The position numbers and the translations under genes were made by a program. Below are positions 9,643 to 17,276 of a stretch of 64,000 nt of DNA, one piece after another. The notes under the pieces are model-generated. The model was not told the origin of the DNA, ran no database searches, and worked only from the letters and a program-made list of their open reading frames with translations. The stretch's first letter is position 1, and each line of letters begins with the position of its first letter. Source of the stretch: an uncultured Candidatus Saccharibacteria bacterium (lineage in GTDB: Bacteria > Patescibacteriota > Minisyncoccia > Phycocordibacterales > UBA918); contig CAYGJY010000002.1 of assembly GCA_964350645.1 (NCBI GenBank), positions 340,936 to 404,935 of the forward strand. Reading direction: 5' to 3'.

Positions 9643-9836
9643 AACACTACAATTCAACTATTAATACCTCGTGTGAAGCGACCAGTGCAGCCAAGCAAAA
9701 GCCATTTCTTCTACGTGGAAGACATAATACAGTGCCCCGTGATATCTGTCACGATATTGACATATTTGTCTTTCGTGTAATTGACGAACGATGAAAGTAT
9801 TTTGTTTAAAGCTTTAAAATACAAGCTTTGTGGAAG

Positions 9837-11009
9837 TTAGGGTAGAAACTGACTGATCCAGTCAATGATTGAGCTCTTAGCTTTTTTAGCGATACCAAGG
9901 GTGGTTTGTTCTTCTTCGTCACTTGCTCCCCACATGCAGAGTCCATAAGAAACAGCCCAGGAGGCATCTTTAATTTTTCCATTTTGGCCAGGATCAAGGG
10001 TGGCAATTTTCGAGGGTAGGCGGAGCGAGGCTTTAGCAAGATCTTGAATGGTGGCAATGCCAGAGCCTCCACCAGTGATGATAATGCCGGCTGGCAGGAG
10101 GCCGTCGCGTTTGATTTTGCGTAAGTGCGCGTCGATAAGTTCGAAGATGTCAGTCAGTCGAGCAGCGATGATCTCGTCGAGTTTTCGTTTAGAATAATTG
10201 ATAGTACTCATGCCGCCACGTTTGATTTTTTCGGCCTCTTCAAGTGGAATTTTGAGACCGAGTGCGATGTCGTTGGTGATGTCGTTTGAACCGATAGGGA
10301 AGACTTTGAGGGAGACAGGTGTGTTGTTTTCAAAGACGACGATTGAGACAGTTTCGGCACCGATATTAGCCAGTACACAACCCGCTCGTTTTTGTGCCTT
10401 AGTGAGCATTACAAAACTAGCTGCAAGTGGTGCCACCATAACGTCTTCGACGCCAACACCAATACTTTCGATTGCTGACACTAGGTCATTTAAGTGTTGC
10501 TCAAAGGTAGTAATAAATAAAGCTTCAACTTCAAGCTTAGTACCTTTCATGCCATGTGGACGTCCCAGGACTTTTTCACCGTCAACACTATATGAGAGTG
10601 GAATTGCGTGGAGTATCTTGCGGTTAGGAATCTGCTCCATGATCCTATCCTCACTATCTTGCATCGCTTTATCTAGGTCAGTTTGGGTGATTTCTGAGTC
10701 AGCTCGAGAGGTGATAACTTCACCGTGAGAGTATAGTTCATCAATACCAATACTGCCTGTCGATAAGTAGGCTTTTTTAATAGTGACGCCAGCAGCTTTT
10801 TCAGCTTGGAGTACGGCACTGCGTACGCTACGCACTACGTCAGTTTCGTTGATAATATAGCCATTACGAAGACCGCGGCTTTCGGCGTAGCCAGTACCAA
10901 TAATCTGCGGCAAGCTTCGGCCGCCGTCTTTTTTCTTGGTACTTTTAACAACTACCACTTTAACCTGGTAGGTACCAACATCTATGCCGGCGATGATGCG
11001 GTCAGACAT
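9837..11009 (-). CDS. ftsA: cell division protein FtsA
   Basis: Actin-fold ATPase: MSDRIIAGIDVGTYQVKVVVV phosphate-1, …IITGGGS… phosphate-2. Directly upstream of ftsZ. Confidence 0.85.
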   Translation of the reverse strand: MSDRIIAGIDVGTYQVKVVVVKSTKKKDGGRSLPQIIGTGYAESRGLRNGYIINETDVVRSVRSAVLQAEKAAGVTIKKAYLSTGSIGIDELYSHGEVITSRADSEITQTDLDKAMQDSEDRIMEQIPNRKILHAIPLSYSVDGEKVLGRPHGMKGTKLEVEALFITTFEQHLNDLVSAIESIGVGVEDVMVAPLAASFVMLTKAQKRAGCVLANIGAETVSIVVFENNTPVSLKVFPIGSNDITNDIALGLKIPLEEAEKIKRGGMSTINYSKRKLDEIIAARLTDIFELIDAHLRKIKRDGLLPAGIIITGGGSGIATIQDLAKASLRLPSKIATLDPGQNGKIKDASWAVSYGLCMWGASDEEEQTTLGIAKKAKSSIIDWISQFLP

Positions 11010-11069
11010 ACTGGGTAGTATAGCATTTAGAAAAGCCCTAGTATGGCGGATATACCGAGATTACGGGGT

Positions 11070-11450
11070 TTACGAGAGTTTAAAACGTTCGAGGAAGCGT
11101 TTTTCGAGACGTTCCATCTTTGGGCTGTGTTCAAAACCTTTTAAGTGCAGCAGACCGTGGATAAATAGATACCCGACGTAACCCTTCTCCGACAGACCGT
11201 ATTTTTTTGATTCTTGCTTAGCGGTTGTGGGGGCAATGAAAATTTCACCACTGTCTTCAGCCAGAGTGAAAGACAATACGTTGGGGATATAGTTTTTACC
11301 ACGAGTTGACTCGTTTAATTTTTTAGCTCTGGTTGGTCCAATGAATACCAGTGACAAATTATAGTTTTTGCCAACGATGTTATTTTTGATCGTTTCGTAG
11401 GGGAGACTGGGGTAGTCCTTGACCGTACTCGAAATAGAAAATCGCTCCAT
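11070..11450 (-). CDS. ybeY: rRNA maturation endoribonuclease YbeY
   Basis: Metal-binding motif HGLLHLKGFEH (H-x3-H-x5-H). 126 aa. Confidence 0.8.
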   Translation of the reverse strand: MERFSISSTVKDYPSLPYETIKNNIVGKNYNLSLVFIGPTRAKKLNESTRGKNYIPNVLSFTLAEDSGEIFIAPTTAKQESKKYGLSEKGYVGYLFIHGLLHLKGFEHSPKMERLEKRFLERFKLS

Positions 11451-11495
11451 GTACCTTTGAGTGTACCATGAAGCGATTATCTGTATAGCGAGAGC

Positions 11496-11732
11496 TTAGC
11501 GACGCTTGTCTTGAATCTTGCCAAGTTTGTGAGCCAGTTCGTACTCGTCTTTTCGAGTCAGTTTTTTGAGGCGAGCCTCTTTCTGAACATTTCGACTCTT
11601 AATCCGAGCGTGATATCGCTGTCCACGCACCTTGCGTACGATGCCAGCATTCTGCACACGCTTAGTAAACCGACGAATCACGTTCGCACTACTTTCGTTA
11701 TTATTTTTTTCTACTTGAACGTTTGTTGCCAT
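11496..11732 (-). CDS. rpsU: 30S ribosomal protein S21
   Basis: Basic about 78-aa protein MATNVQVEKN…VIRRFTKRVQNAGIVRKVRGQRYHARIKSRNVQKE…, S21-like. ATG at 11732 preferred over the upstream in-frame ATG at 11753. Confidence 0.65.
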   Translation of the reverse strand: MATNVQVEKNNNESSANVIRRFTKRVQNAGIVRKVRGQRYHARIKSRNVQKEARLKKLTRKDEYELAHKLGKIQDKRR

Positions 11733-11810
11733 ATGTGGGCGCAAATATAGCATTATTGGTTAGTGATGGCAAGGTTTTTAGTATTTATGCTTGTATTTTA
11801 GAAGGACGGT

Positions 11811-11858
11811 GAAAGAAGCTGGCTGGCTGGGCGAAGCCCAGCCAGCCAGCTTCTTTCT
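11811..11858. terminator. long GC-rich hairpin terminator (gaaagaagctggctggctgggc-gaag-gcccagccagccagcttctttc) downstream of HisRS-like gene
   Basis: 22-bp stem just 3' of the minus-strand ORF ending at 11884. Confidence 0.5.
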
Positions 11859-11883
11859 CTCGGCTACTTTTACTGTACTGTCT

Positions 11884-13065
11884 TTAGGCTAAGGCCTTAG
11901 CATTAATGCGTTTGAGTTGCGTGACTAGGTTGCTCATCGGAACGTGTTCTTGGCTGCGGGCATGCATGTTCCGTAAGATTACCGTGCCGTCAACATGTTC
12001 TTTCTGGCCGATAATTACTGTGTACTCAACGCCACGGGCTTCAGCATCCCTCAGTTGGGTTGAGAGTGAATCACAAGCAAGATTTTGGAAAACAGGAACG
12101 TTCTCTTTGCGGAGCTGGTCGATTAGCATAAGGCTAGAAATTTTTGGACCAAAACCGAGCTGTACTACGTACACTGAGGGTACATTGGTTTTTGGGATAC
12201 GCGGTATTCGGGCAGGGGCTTTTCGTTCGCGCATGACGACTACGGCGCCAGCGGCGGGAATTTCTTGTTTCGTGTGTCGCAGCATGAATTCATCGTAGCG
12301 CCCGCCGCGAATCTGTAGCGGCGATAGTGGGTCAGCTACACCCTCAGCGTCGTTGATGTCGAGAGCGAACAACGCATCTGAATAACAATGGTAGTGTCCC
12401 ATGAGCTTAGGATCAATTTCGTACGGAGTTTCACTCATGTCCAGAAATTCAACAATCTCACGAAAATGCTTACGGCTCGGATCACTTAAATGTTCGAGGG
12501 GGTTTGGACTACGGTAGGCCAGATCATGCTCTTTTTCTAGAAGATGCATCAGGGCATCAAAGACGTGCACTTTCATCAACTCTCGAGCAGCTACTGGCAT
12601 GTCGTCGAGGCGTTTTTTAAGATAGTTAGTAAGTTCGCGAGTGTAGCGAGTTGAAGAGTCACGGTCACCGAGCGAATTGATTCGGATGGTGTGATTGTCG
12701 TACCCAAGTTCAGTTGCTAGGGCGCGAGTAGTTTGAATAAGGATTGCCTCAGCAATACTTTTTTTCACACCAACTATTTGTAAGGCCAGGGCTACTTCAC
12801 CAGTGCGGGGTACTTGTTCAATGTTGTAGAACAATACTGGTTCCTCAAGAGCATGCATTTTAGCATCAGTATAGTTAGCCAGACCGTTGGTTAAAAGACC
12901 ATGGAGCGCATCAAGTTTGCGGTCAGCGGCTGTTGCTGAATGTTGAATCTTATCGCCGCACCGTTTACACAGGACATTTCTTTTGAAGGTGTCGGATGGT
13001 TGAAAACCGAAATGTTCAGCAGTGCTGGTTGCGGTTTTGAGGAAGTCTGTGCCGGTGATGTCCAT
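11884..13065 (-). CDS. hisS: histidine--tRNA ligase family protein (HisRS-like; catalytic motifs 1/2 not recognisable by eye)
   Basis: HisRS-specific …IRGGRYDEF… (GGRYD). Clear class IIa anticodon-binding domain: VYVVQLG…SLMLIDQLRKENVPV…QLRDAEARGVEYTVIIGQKEHVDGTVILRNM. An upstream in-frame stop limits the N-terminus to 393 aa. Confidence 0.55.
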   Translation of the reverse strand: MDITGTDFLKTATSTAEHFGFQPSDTFKRNVLCKRCGDKIQHSATAADRKLDALHGLLTNGLANYTDAKMHALEEPVLFYNIEQVPRTGEVALALQIVGVKKSIAEAILIQTTRALATELGYDNHTIRINSLGDRDSSTRYTRELTNYLKKRLDDMPVAARELMKVHVFDALMHLLEKEHDLAYRSPNPLEHLSDPSRKHFREIVEFLDMSETPYEIDPKLMGHYHCYSDALFALDINDAEGVADPLSPLQIRGGRYDEFMLRHTKQEIPAAGAVVVMRERKAPARIPRIPKTNVPSVYVVQLGFGPKISSLMLIDQLRKENVPVFQNLACDSLSTQLRDAEARGVEYTVIIGQKEHVDGTVILRNMHARSQEHVPMSNLVTQLKRINAKALA

Positions 13066-13084
13066 AGTAGTAGATAATTAGTGA

Positions 13085-13744
13085 TTAATTTGGTTCGCCG
13101 CCTCTCCCTGACAATGTCGCTTCTGATTGGTATCTGCCTGGGAAAACCCCGATTTCACCAATCGGGAAAAGTCGCAAGAGTGCGCGTCCGACGATCTTTT
13201 CCCGGGTCAGCACGCCCCACATTCGTGAGTCCGAGCTGGCATCGCGGTTATCACCCATGACAAAGTATTCACCATCACGGAGCTTTTCTTCAATACTGGC
13301 GTCGGGCTCCATAGTATTTATGTACGGCTCGTTGAGGATGACCCCTTGAGGATAGCTGTCGTTAAAAATAGTGACTGTATTGCCTTCAATAGTGAGTTTA
13401 TCGCCCGGCATTCCCACAATCCGCTTAATGAAGAACTTTGATGGGTCACGCGGGTAGCGGAAGATGATAACGTCTCCACGAGCTGGTTCTTCAAACCGGT
13501 AACTTAGCTGATCAACGATTAAATACTCGCCACCATGAAAGGTGTCTTCCATTGATGCTCCTGAGACAATAAAAGGTTGTGCGATAAACATCCGGATCGG
13601 TATGACGATGATAAGAGCAATAATTGCAAAGCGCACAATCTCAGTCAGTGGGTGTTCCTCTTTTTCAATGTCCGCCACAATGGCATCAACTGGGGTATCT
13701 ACTGATGATGAAAGATCTTTTTTGTCTTTTGAGAAGAAGCTCAT
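13085..13744 (-). CDS. lepB: signal peptidase I
   Basis: S26 boxes: GASMEDTF (Ser), GDVIIFRYP, KRIVGMPGD (Lys), GDNRDASSDSR. ATG at 13744 (MSFFSK…) chosen over the upstream ATG at 13783. Confidence 0.8.
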   Translation of the reverse strand: MSFFSKDKKDLSSSVDTPVDAIVADIEKEEHPLTEIVRFAIIALIIVIPIRMFIAQPFIVSGASMEDTFHGGEYLIVDQLSYRFEEPARGDVIIFRYPRDPSKFFIKRIVGMPGDKLTIEGNTVTIFNDSYPQGVILNEPYINTMEPDASIEEKLRDGEYFVMGDNRDASSDSRMWGVLTREKIVGRALLRLFPIGEIGVFPGRYQSEATLSGRGGEPN

Positions 13745-13866
13745 AGCAGTACAATTTCTACTAGTATAAATGAAAATAAACATTCGAACAAATTATCTGT
13801 TTCTGGTAATGATTGCAGCTGTACTTAGAGGCAGTCACGTTGTTGGATTGTGGTAATCTAGTGGTG

Positions 13867-14448
13867 ATGTTTTACATTCTTGGCTTAGGCAATCCGGAAT
13901 CAAAGTATGATGGCACCCGACATAATGTTGGGCGGGATTTTGTGCGTGTGTTGGCGGGTGAGTCTGGTTGGGATACAAGTAAACACGCAAACGCCCAGTA
14001 TGTCTGGGGTACTGTAGCCGAAACAGATGTCGAGTGGTTGTTGCCGGAGACTTATATGAATAAATCGGGTGATACTGCGCACTATGTGGCTGAAAAGCAT
14101 GGTGCTACTCCTCAGCAGTTTGTGGTGTTGTATGACGATGTTGATTTGGCGATTGGTGAGCTGAAAGTGTCGGTTGGTAGAGGGGACGGGGGACATAACG
14201 GCATTAAGTCGATTATTCAAGCCTTGAAGAGTAGGGATTTTGTGCGGATAAGAGTAGGGGTGGCACCAAAGAGTTTTTGGACAGGGAAGGCGCGGCGGCC
14301 AGAGGCCGCTGCGCTCAGCCGTCATGTCCTCGGGAAGTTTTCGAGTGGTGAACAAAAAAAGCTCGCGGACGTGCGAGACAAGGTTAAGCAGGTCCTAGAG
14401 ACGGTGGTAAAAGATGGCGTCGAGATTGCGATGAACCAGTTTAATTAA
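13867..14448 (+). CDS. pth: peptidyl-tRNA hydrolase
   Basis: MFYILGLGNPESKYDGTRHNVGRDFV… matches the Pth N-terminus. The track start 13813 is extended; ATG at 13867. Confidence 0.8.
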   Translation: MFYILGLGNPESKYDGTRHNVGRDFVRVLAGESGWDTSKHANAQYVWGTVAETDVEWLLPETYMNKSGDTAHYVAEKHGATPQQFVVLYDDVDLAIGELKVSVGRGDGGHNGIKSIIQALKSRDFVRIRVGVAPKSFWTGKARRPEAAALSRHVLGKFSSGEQKKLADVRDKVKQVLETVVKDGVEIAMNQFN

Positions 14449-14456
14449 GTAGGTAT

Positions 14457-14494
14457 ACAAAAAGAGCGGCGCCGAAAGGCGCCGCTCTTTTTGT
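14457..14494. terminator. bidirectional rho-independent terminator between pth and rpsA
   Basis: aaagagcggcgcc-gaaa-ggcgccgctcttt with flanking A/T tracts. Confidence 0.65.
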
Positions 14495-14507
14495 ATCGTG
14501 CCCCTAC

Positions 14508-15659
14508 TTACTTAGTAGTGTTGGCTTCTTTGAATGATAGAGTCATTCGTTGTTCTTTTGGTTCAAAGAGAGTGATCTTGAACTTGTACACGCTTCCAAG
14601 TGAAATCGCTTCTTTCAACGCTTCTTCACTTTCAAATTCTGAAATGTGTACCAAACCAGCAACACCTTCTTCAATTGAAGCTAGGGCACCGTGTTTGTTG
14701 TACTTAATTGCTACTCCTTCTACCATTTGGTCTTTCTTGTATTTCTTGGCGGCAGTTTCCCAAGGATTTTCTTTGAGTTGCTTGATTGAGAGAGAAATCT
14801 TGTCGTCTTTCACTTCAATTACTTTGACTCGTACTTTGTCGCCAACCTTGAAGAGTGAACGAGTGTCTTCGACGAGACCCCAGTCAAGTTCAGAGATGTG
14901 TACAAGACCTTCGAGACCTTCTTCAAGCTTCACAAAGACACCAAAGTCGACAGCACCAGTAACTTCACCGTTCAGTTCGTCACCGAGTTCGTATTTGTTA
15001 ACTTTAGCTTCCTTCTCCTCCTTCTCTTGCGGACCTTTTTCTGAGAAGATCAGCTTACCTTCAGCTTGGTCAGCAGTGATAATGACAACTGAGAGGAATT
15101 GTCCGACGAGGTTTTGCAGTTCGACGAGAATCTTGTCCTTATCGCCATCAGCAACACGCGGGTAGTTTTCGGCTGAGAGTTGTGAAGCTGGAAGGAAACC
15201 TTGGATGCCTTGCCAGTCTAGGATGAGACCACCCTTGTTAGCTTCTTTAACTGCGAGGCTGAGCACTGTCTGCTTCTTAGCAGCGGCTTCAGCATCGCTC
15301 CAGATTAACGCTTGGCGCGCTTCCTTGAGTGATAGTTCGATATACCCGTCTTCGTTACTGGCATCAACGACTTTGGCAGCGATGGCGTCGCCAACCGCTA
15401 CTTTGCGTAAAATATCGCGTGCGTTCATGAACTCACGTCCAAAAATGAGGCCAGTTCCAAACGGAGCTAGTTCAACATAGACACGGGCCCGACCAATCGC
15501 TGATACGGTACCTTCAATAATGTCGCCTTCTTTTGGTGGTTCTGGGCTATCAATAAGCCAGTTACCTGTTGGTGCAGTTGGTGTGTCTGAGACAGCATCA
15601 GTTGCTACTGGAGTTGTCCCAAGCACGCGGTCTGCAACCGCTTTGGCTGCTTCTAACAT
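14508..15659 (-). CDS. rpsA: 30S ribosomal protein S1-like (four S1 domains)
   Basis: Repeated S1/OB units (…GDIIEGTVSAI…VYVEL…, …GDAIAAKVV…, …GDKVRVKVIEV…, …GVAIKY…). Confidence 0.75.
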   Translation of the reverse strand: MLEAAKAVADRVLGTTPVATDAVSDTPTAPTGNWLIDSPEPPKEGDIIEGTVSAIGRARVYVELAPFGTGLIFGREFMNARDILRKVAVGDAIAAKVVDASNEDGYIELSLKEARQALIWSDAEAAAKKQTVLSLAVKEANKGGLILDWQGIQGFLPASQLSAENYPRVADGDKDKILVELQNLVGQFLSVVIITADQAEGKLIFSEKGPQEKEEKEAKVNKYELGDELNGEVTGAVDFGVFVKLEEGLEGLVHISELDWGLVEDTRSLFKVGDKVRVKVIEVKDDKISLSIKQLKENPWETAAKKYKKDQMVEGVAIKYNKHGALASIEEGVAGLVHISEFESEEALKEAISLGSVYKFKITLFEPKEQRMTLSFKEANTTK

Positions 15660-15710
15660 ATTTATTTATTTTTATTCCGACGACACGTATCCGGATAACC
15701 AATTCGCGAA

Positions 15711-15739
15711 GTGAAGAAATTACGAAGTAATTTCTTCAC
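15711..15739. promoter_or_regulatory. perfect 13-bp-arm palindrome (gtgaagaaattac-gaa-gtaatttcttcac) 52-80 nt upstream of the rpsA start
   Basis: Read directly from the sequence. Sits in the rpsA 5' region, so it could be an operator or a 5'-UTR hairpin. Confidence 0.3.
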
Positions 15740-16103
15740 CGGCCGTAGTTCTCGAATCCGGGGCTAAGCGTGTGCCGCTAGGAAACTATTAATACCTGTG
15801 TAGGTGGCGAATACTATACCTTTATTATAAAAATTTGCAATAGATTTTTCTGTAAAAAAGCAATCGACTAGAAATGAAAATCGCCAACCAACAATTTGTG
15901 GAAGGCGAGTGAGTGATGGACGTTTTTTGTCCATGTACGTTAGTACACCGCCCAGCTCGATCTTTTGCCACTGTACCCACAGGTGGCCTAAGTCAAGCTG
16001 GGCGAGGAGCGCACGTGGGCAGCTCTGCCCGATCGCTGTCCATCGATCGAGCATGGAAAGTATGTAATCGGTAAAGTAACACTTTGTCAAGAGTGAGCGG
16101 CTC

Positions 16104-16148
16104 CGGGCGGGTGAGCGCTTTGCGCTCACCCGCCCGGGCGCGTATAAT
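16104..16148 (+). promoter_or_regulatory. putative sigma70-like promoter (-35 TTGCGC 16120-16125, 17-bp spacer, -10 TATAAT 16143-16148) embedded in a 15-bp-arm perfect palindrome; predicted leaderless transcript
   Basis: cgggcgggtgagcgc-ttt-gcgctcacccgcccg spans 16104-16136. TATAAT ends 7 nt before the ATG at 16156. Confidence 0.35.
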
Positions 16149-16155
16149 ACCCACC

Positions 16156-16776
16156 ATGGTTATCACGTATCACGGTGGTCAGTGTTTTAAGGTGTCTTTT
16201 GGTGATACCACCTTGGCATTCGACCCAATCGCAAAGAAATCAAAGCTATCACCAGTAAAATTTGGCTCTGATGTGGCCTTTGTCTCAATGCATCATCCCA
16301 ACTTCGACGGTGTCGAGCAGGTTGCTCACGGCAACAAACAACCGTTCGTGGTTGATGGTCCAGGAGAATATGAAATTGGCGATGTCACAGTGCGTGGTTT
16401 TGGTGTCCTCACTACGTACGATAAAGTTGAACGGTTCAACACTATCTATCAAGTGCAGCTCGAAGGCATGAATATTATTTTCTTAGGCGCTCTCGGTACT
16501 CCAGACATTGATAGTAAGATCCTAGGTGAGTTCGGTGATATCGACATTCTTTTTGTGCCAATTGGCGGCGGCGATGTGCTCGAAGTCCCACAAGCATCGA
16601 AGTTAGCGACCAAACTTGAAGCCAAAGTGATTTTCCCAATGCATTACGACGCGAAAGCACTGAGTGCATTTTTGAAAGAGGAAAGTGCTGAAGGTACGAA
16701 AGTGATTGATAAGGCGACCCTTAAGAAGAAAGACGTCGCTGCTATGTCTGGCGAGATAATTGTTCTTAAAGTCTAA
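16156..16776 (+). CDS. MBL-fold metal-dependent hydrolase
   Basis: MVITYHGGQCFKVSF…LAFDPI…HHPNFDG…ILFVPIGGGDVLE…FPMHYD is the beta-lactamase-fold pattern. The track ORF is N-extended; ATG at 16156. Confidence 0.6.
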   Translation: MVITYHGGQCFKVSFGDTTLAFDPIAKKSKLSPVKFGSDVAFVSMHHPNFDGVEQVAHGNKQPFVVDGPGEYEIGDVTVRGFGVLTTYDKVERFNTIYQVQLEGMNIIFLGALGTPDIDSKILGEFGDIDILFVPIGGGDVLEVPQASKLATKLEAKVIFPMHYDAKALSAFLKEESAEGTKVIDKATLKKKDVAAMSGEIIVLKV

Positions 16777-16783
16777 CGTTGCT

Positions 16784-17209
16784 ATGTGGGCCTGGATTGA
16801 TCGACTTCGCCAAAAGCCCAAAGCAGTACGCGATCAGTACGCGTTTTTTGCTGCTGCAGGCATTGCCGGTGTGATCGCTATGATTTGGGTAGCAACGTTG
16901 CCAAATCATTTTGCTCGTATGGTAGAACCTACCACAGGCCCAGAGCAAGAAGCGGTTGGTGCTTTTAAGCGATTTTTTACTGATGCTAAATTAAATCTTG
17001 GAGCGATCGTCACTAGCACACTAATCAAGAGTACATCAACAGAAGCAGTGGCAACTACGACACCATTACCGGCTGGCCTAGTAATTCCGACACTTGAAGA
17101 AGAGACTATCCAGCAAGTCACAGGTGACACAAAGCCGCGTTTCGGCCGGCCAGTGTTGATTGAGTCTAGTCGCAGTGCCAGTGTTACAGCCAGCACTACC
17201 AGTAATTAA
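16784..17209 (+). CDS. hypothetical single-pass membrane protein with Thr/Ser-rich tail
   Basis: ATG at 16784 (MWAWIDRL…). One TM helix (FFAAAGIAGVIAMIWVATL). The track start 16760 is a TTG. Confidence 0.4.
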   Translation: MWAWIDRLRQKPKAVRDQYAFFAAAGIAGVIAMIWVATLPNHFARMVEPTTGPEQEAVGAFKRFFTDAKLNLGAIVTSTLIKSTSTEAVATTTPLPAGLVIPTLEEETIQQVTGDTKPRFGRPVLIESSRSASVTASTTSN

Positions 17210-17228
17210 CGTTTTGATTATTAGCTTC

Positions 17229-17256
17229 TTGCGGGGTATACTTGCCCGCATATAAT
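17229..17256 (+). promoter_or_regulatory. putative gyrA promoter (-35 TTGCGG, 16-bp spacer, -10 TATAAT ending 20 nt before ATG)
   Basis: cTTGCGGggtatacttgcccgcaTATAATgactgtcaccctaaattactATG. Confidence 0.35.
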
Positions 17257-17276
17257 GACTGTCACCCTAAATTACT

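Noticed and set aside
9643-9657. Track start of ftsZ at 9657 (also 103 for glmS, 44819, 16760, 53342)
   Set aside because: The first codon at these positions is TTG or GTG rendered as M. Nearby in-frame ATGs give canonical N-termini (MEQIKSD…, MKAFLLG…, MWAWIDRL…, MNTLVIV…) and were preferred. glmS simply continues upstream of the window.
15764-16129. 121-aa minus-strand ORF in the rpsA / MBL-hydrolase intergenic region
   Set aside because: Low-complexity sequence with no recognisable motif. It overlaps the palindromic promoter region and has no ribosome-binding context. It is more likely a regulatory non-coding region.
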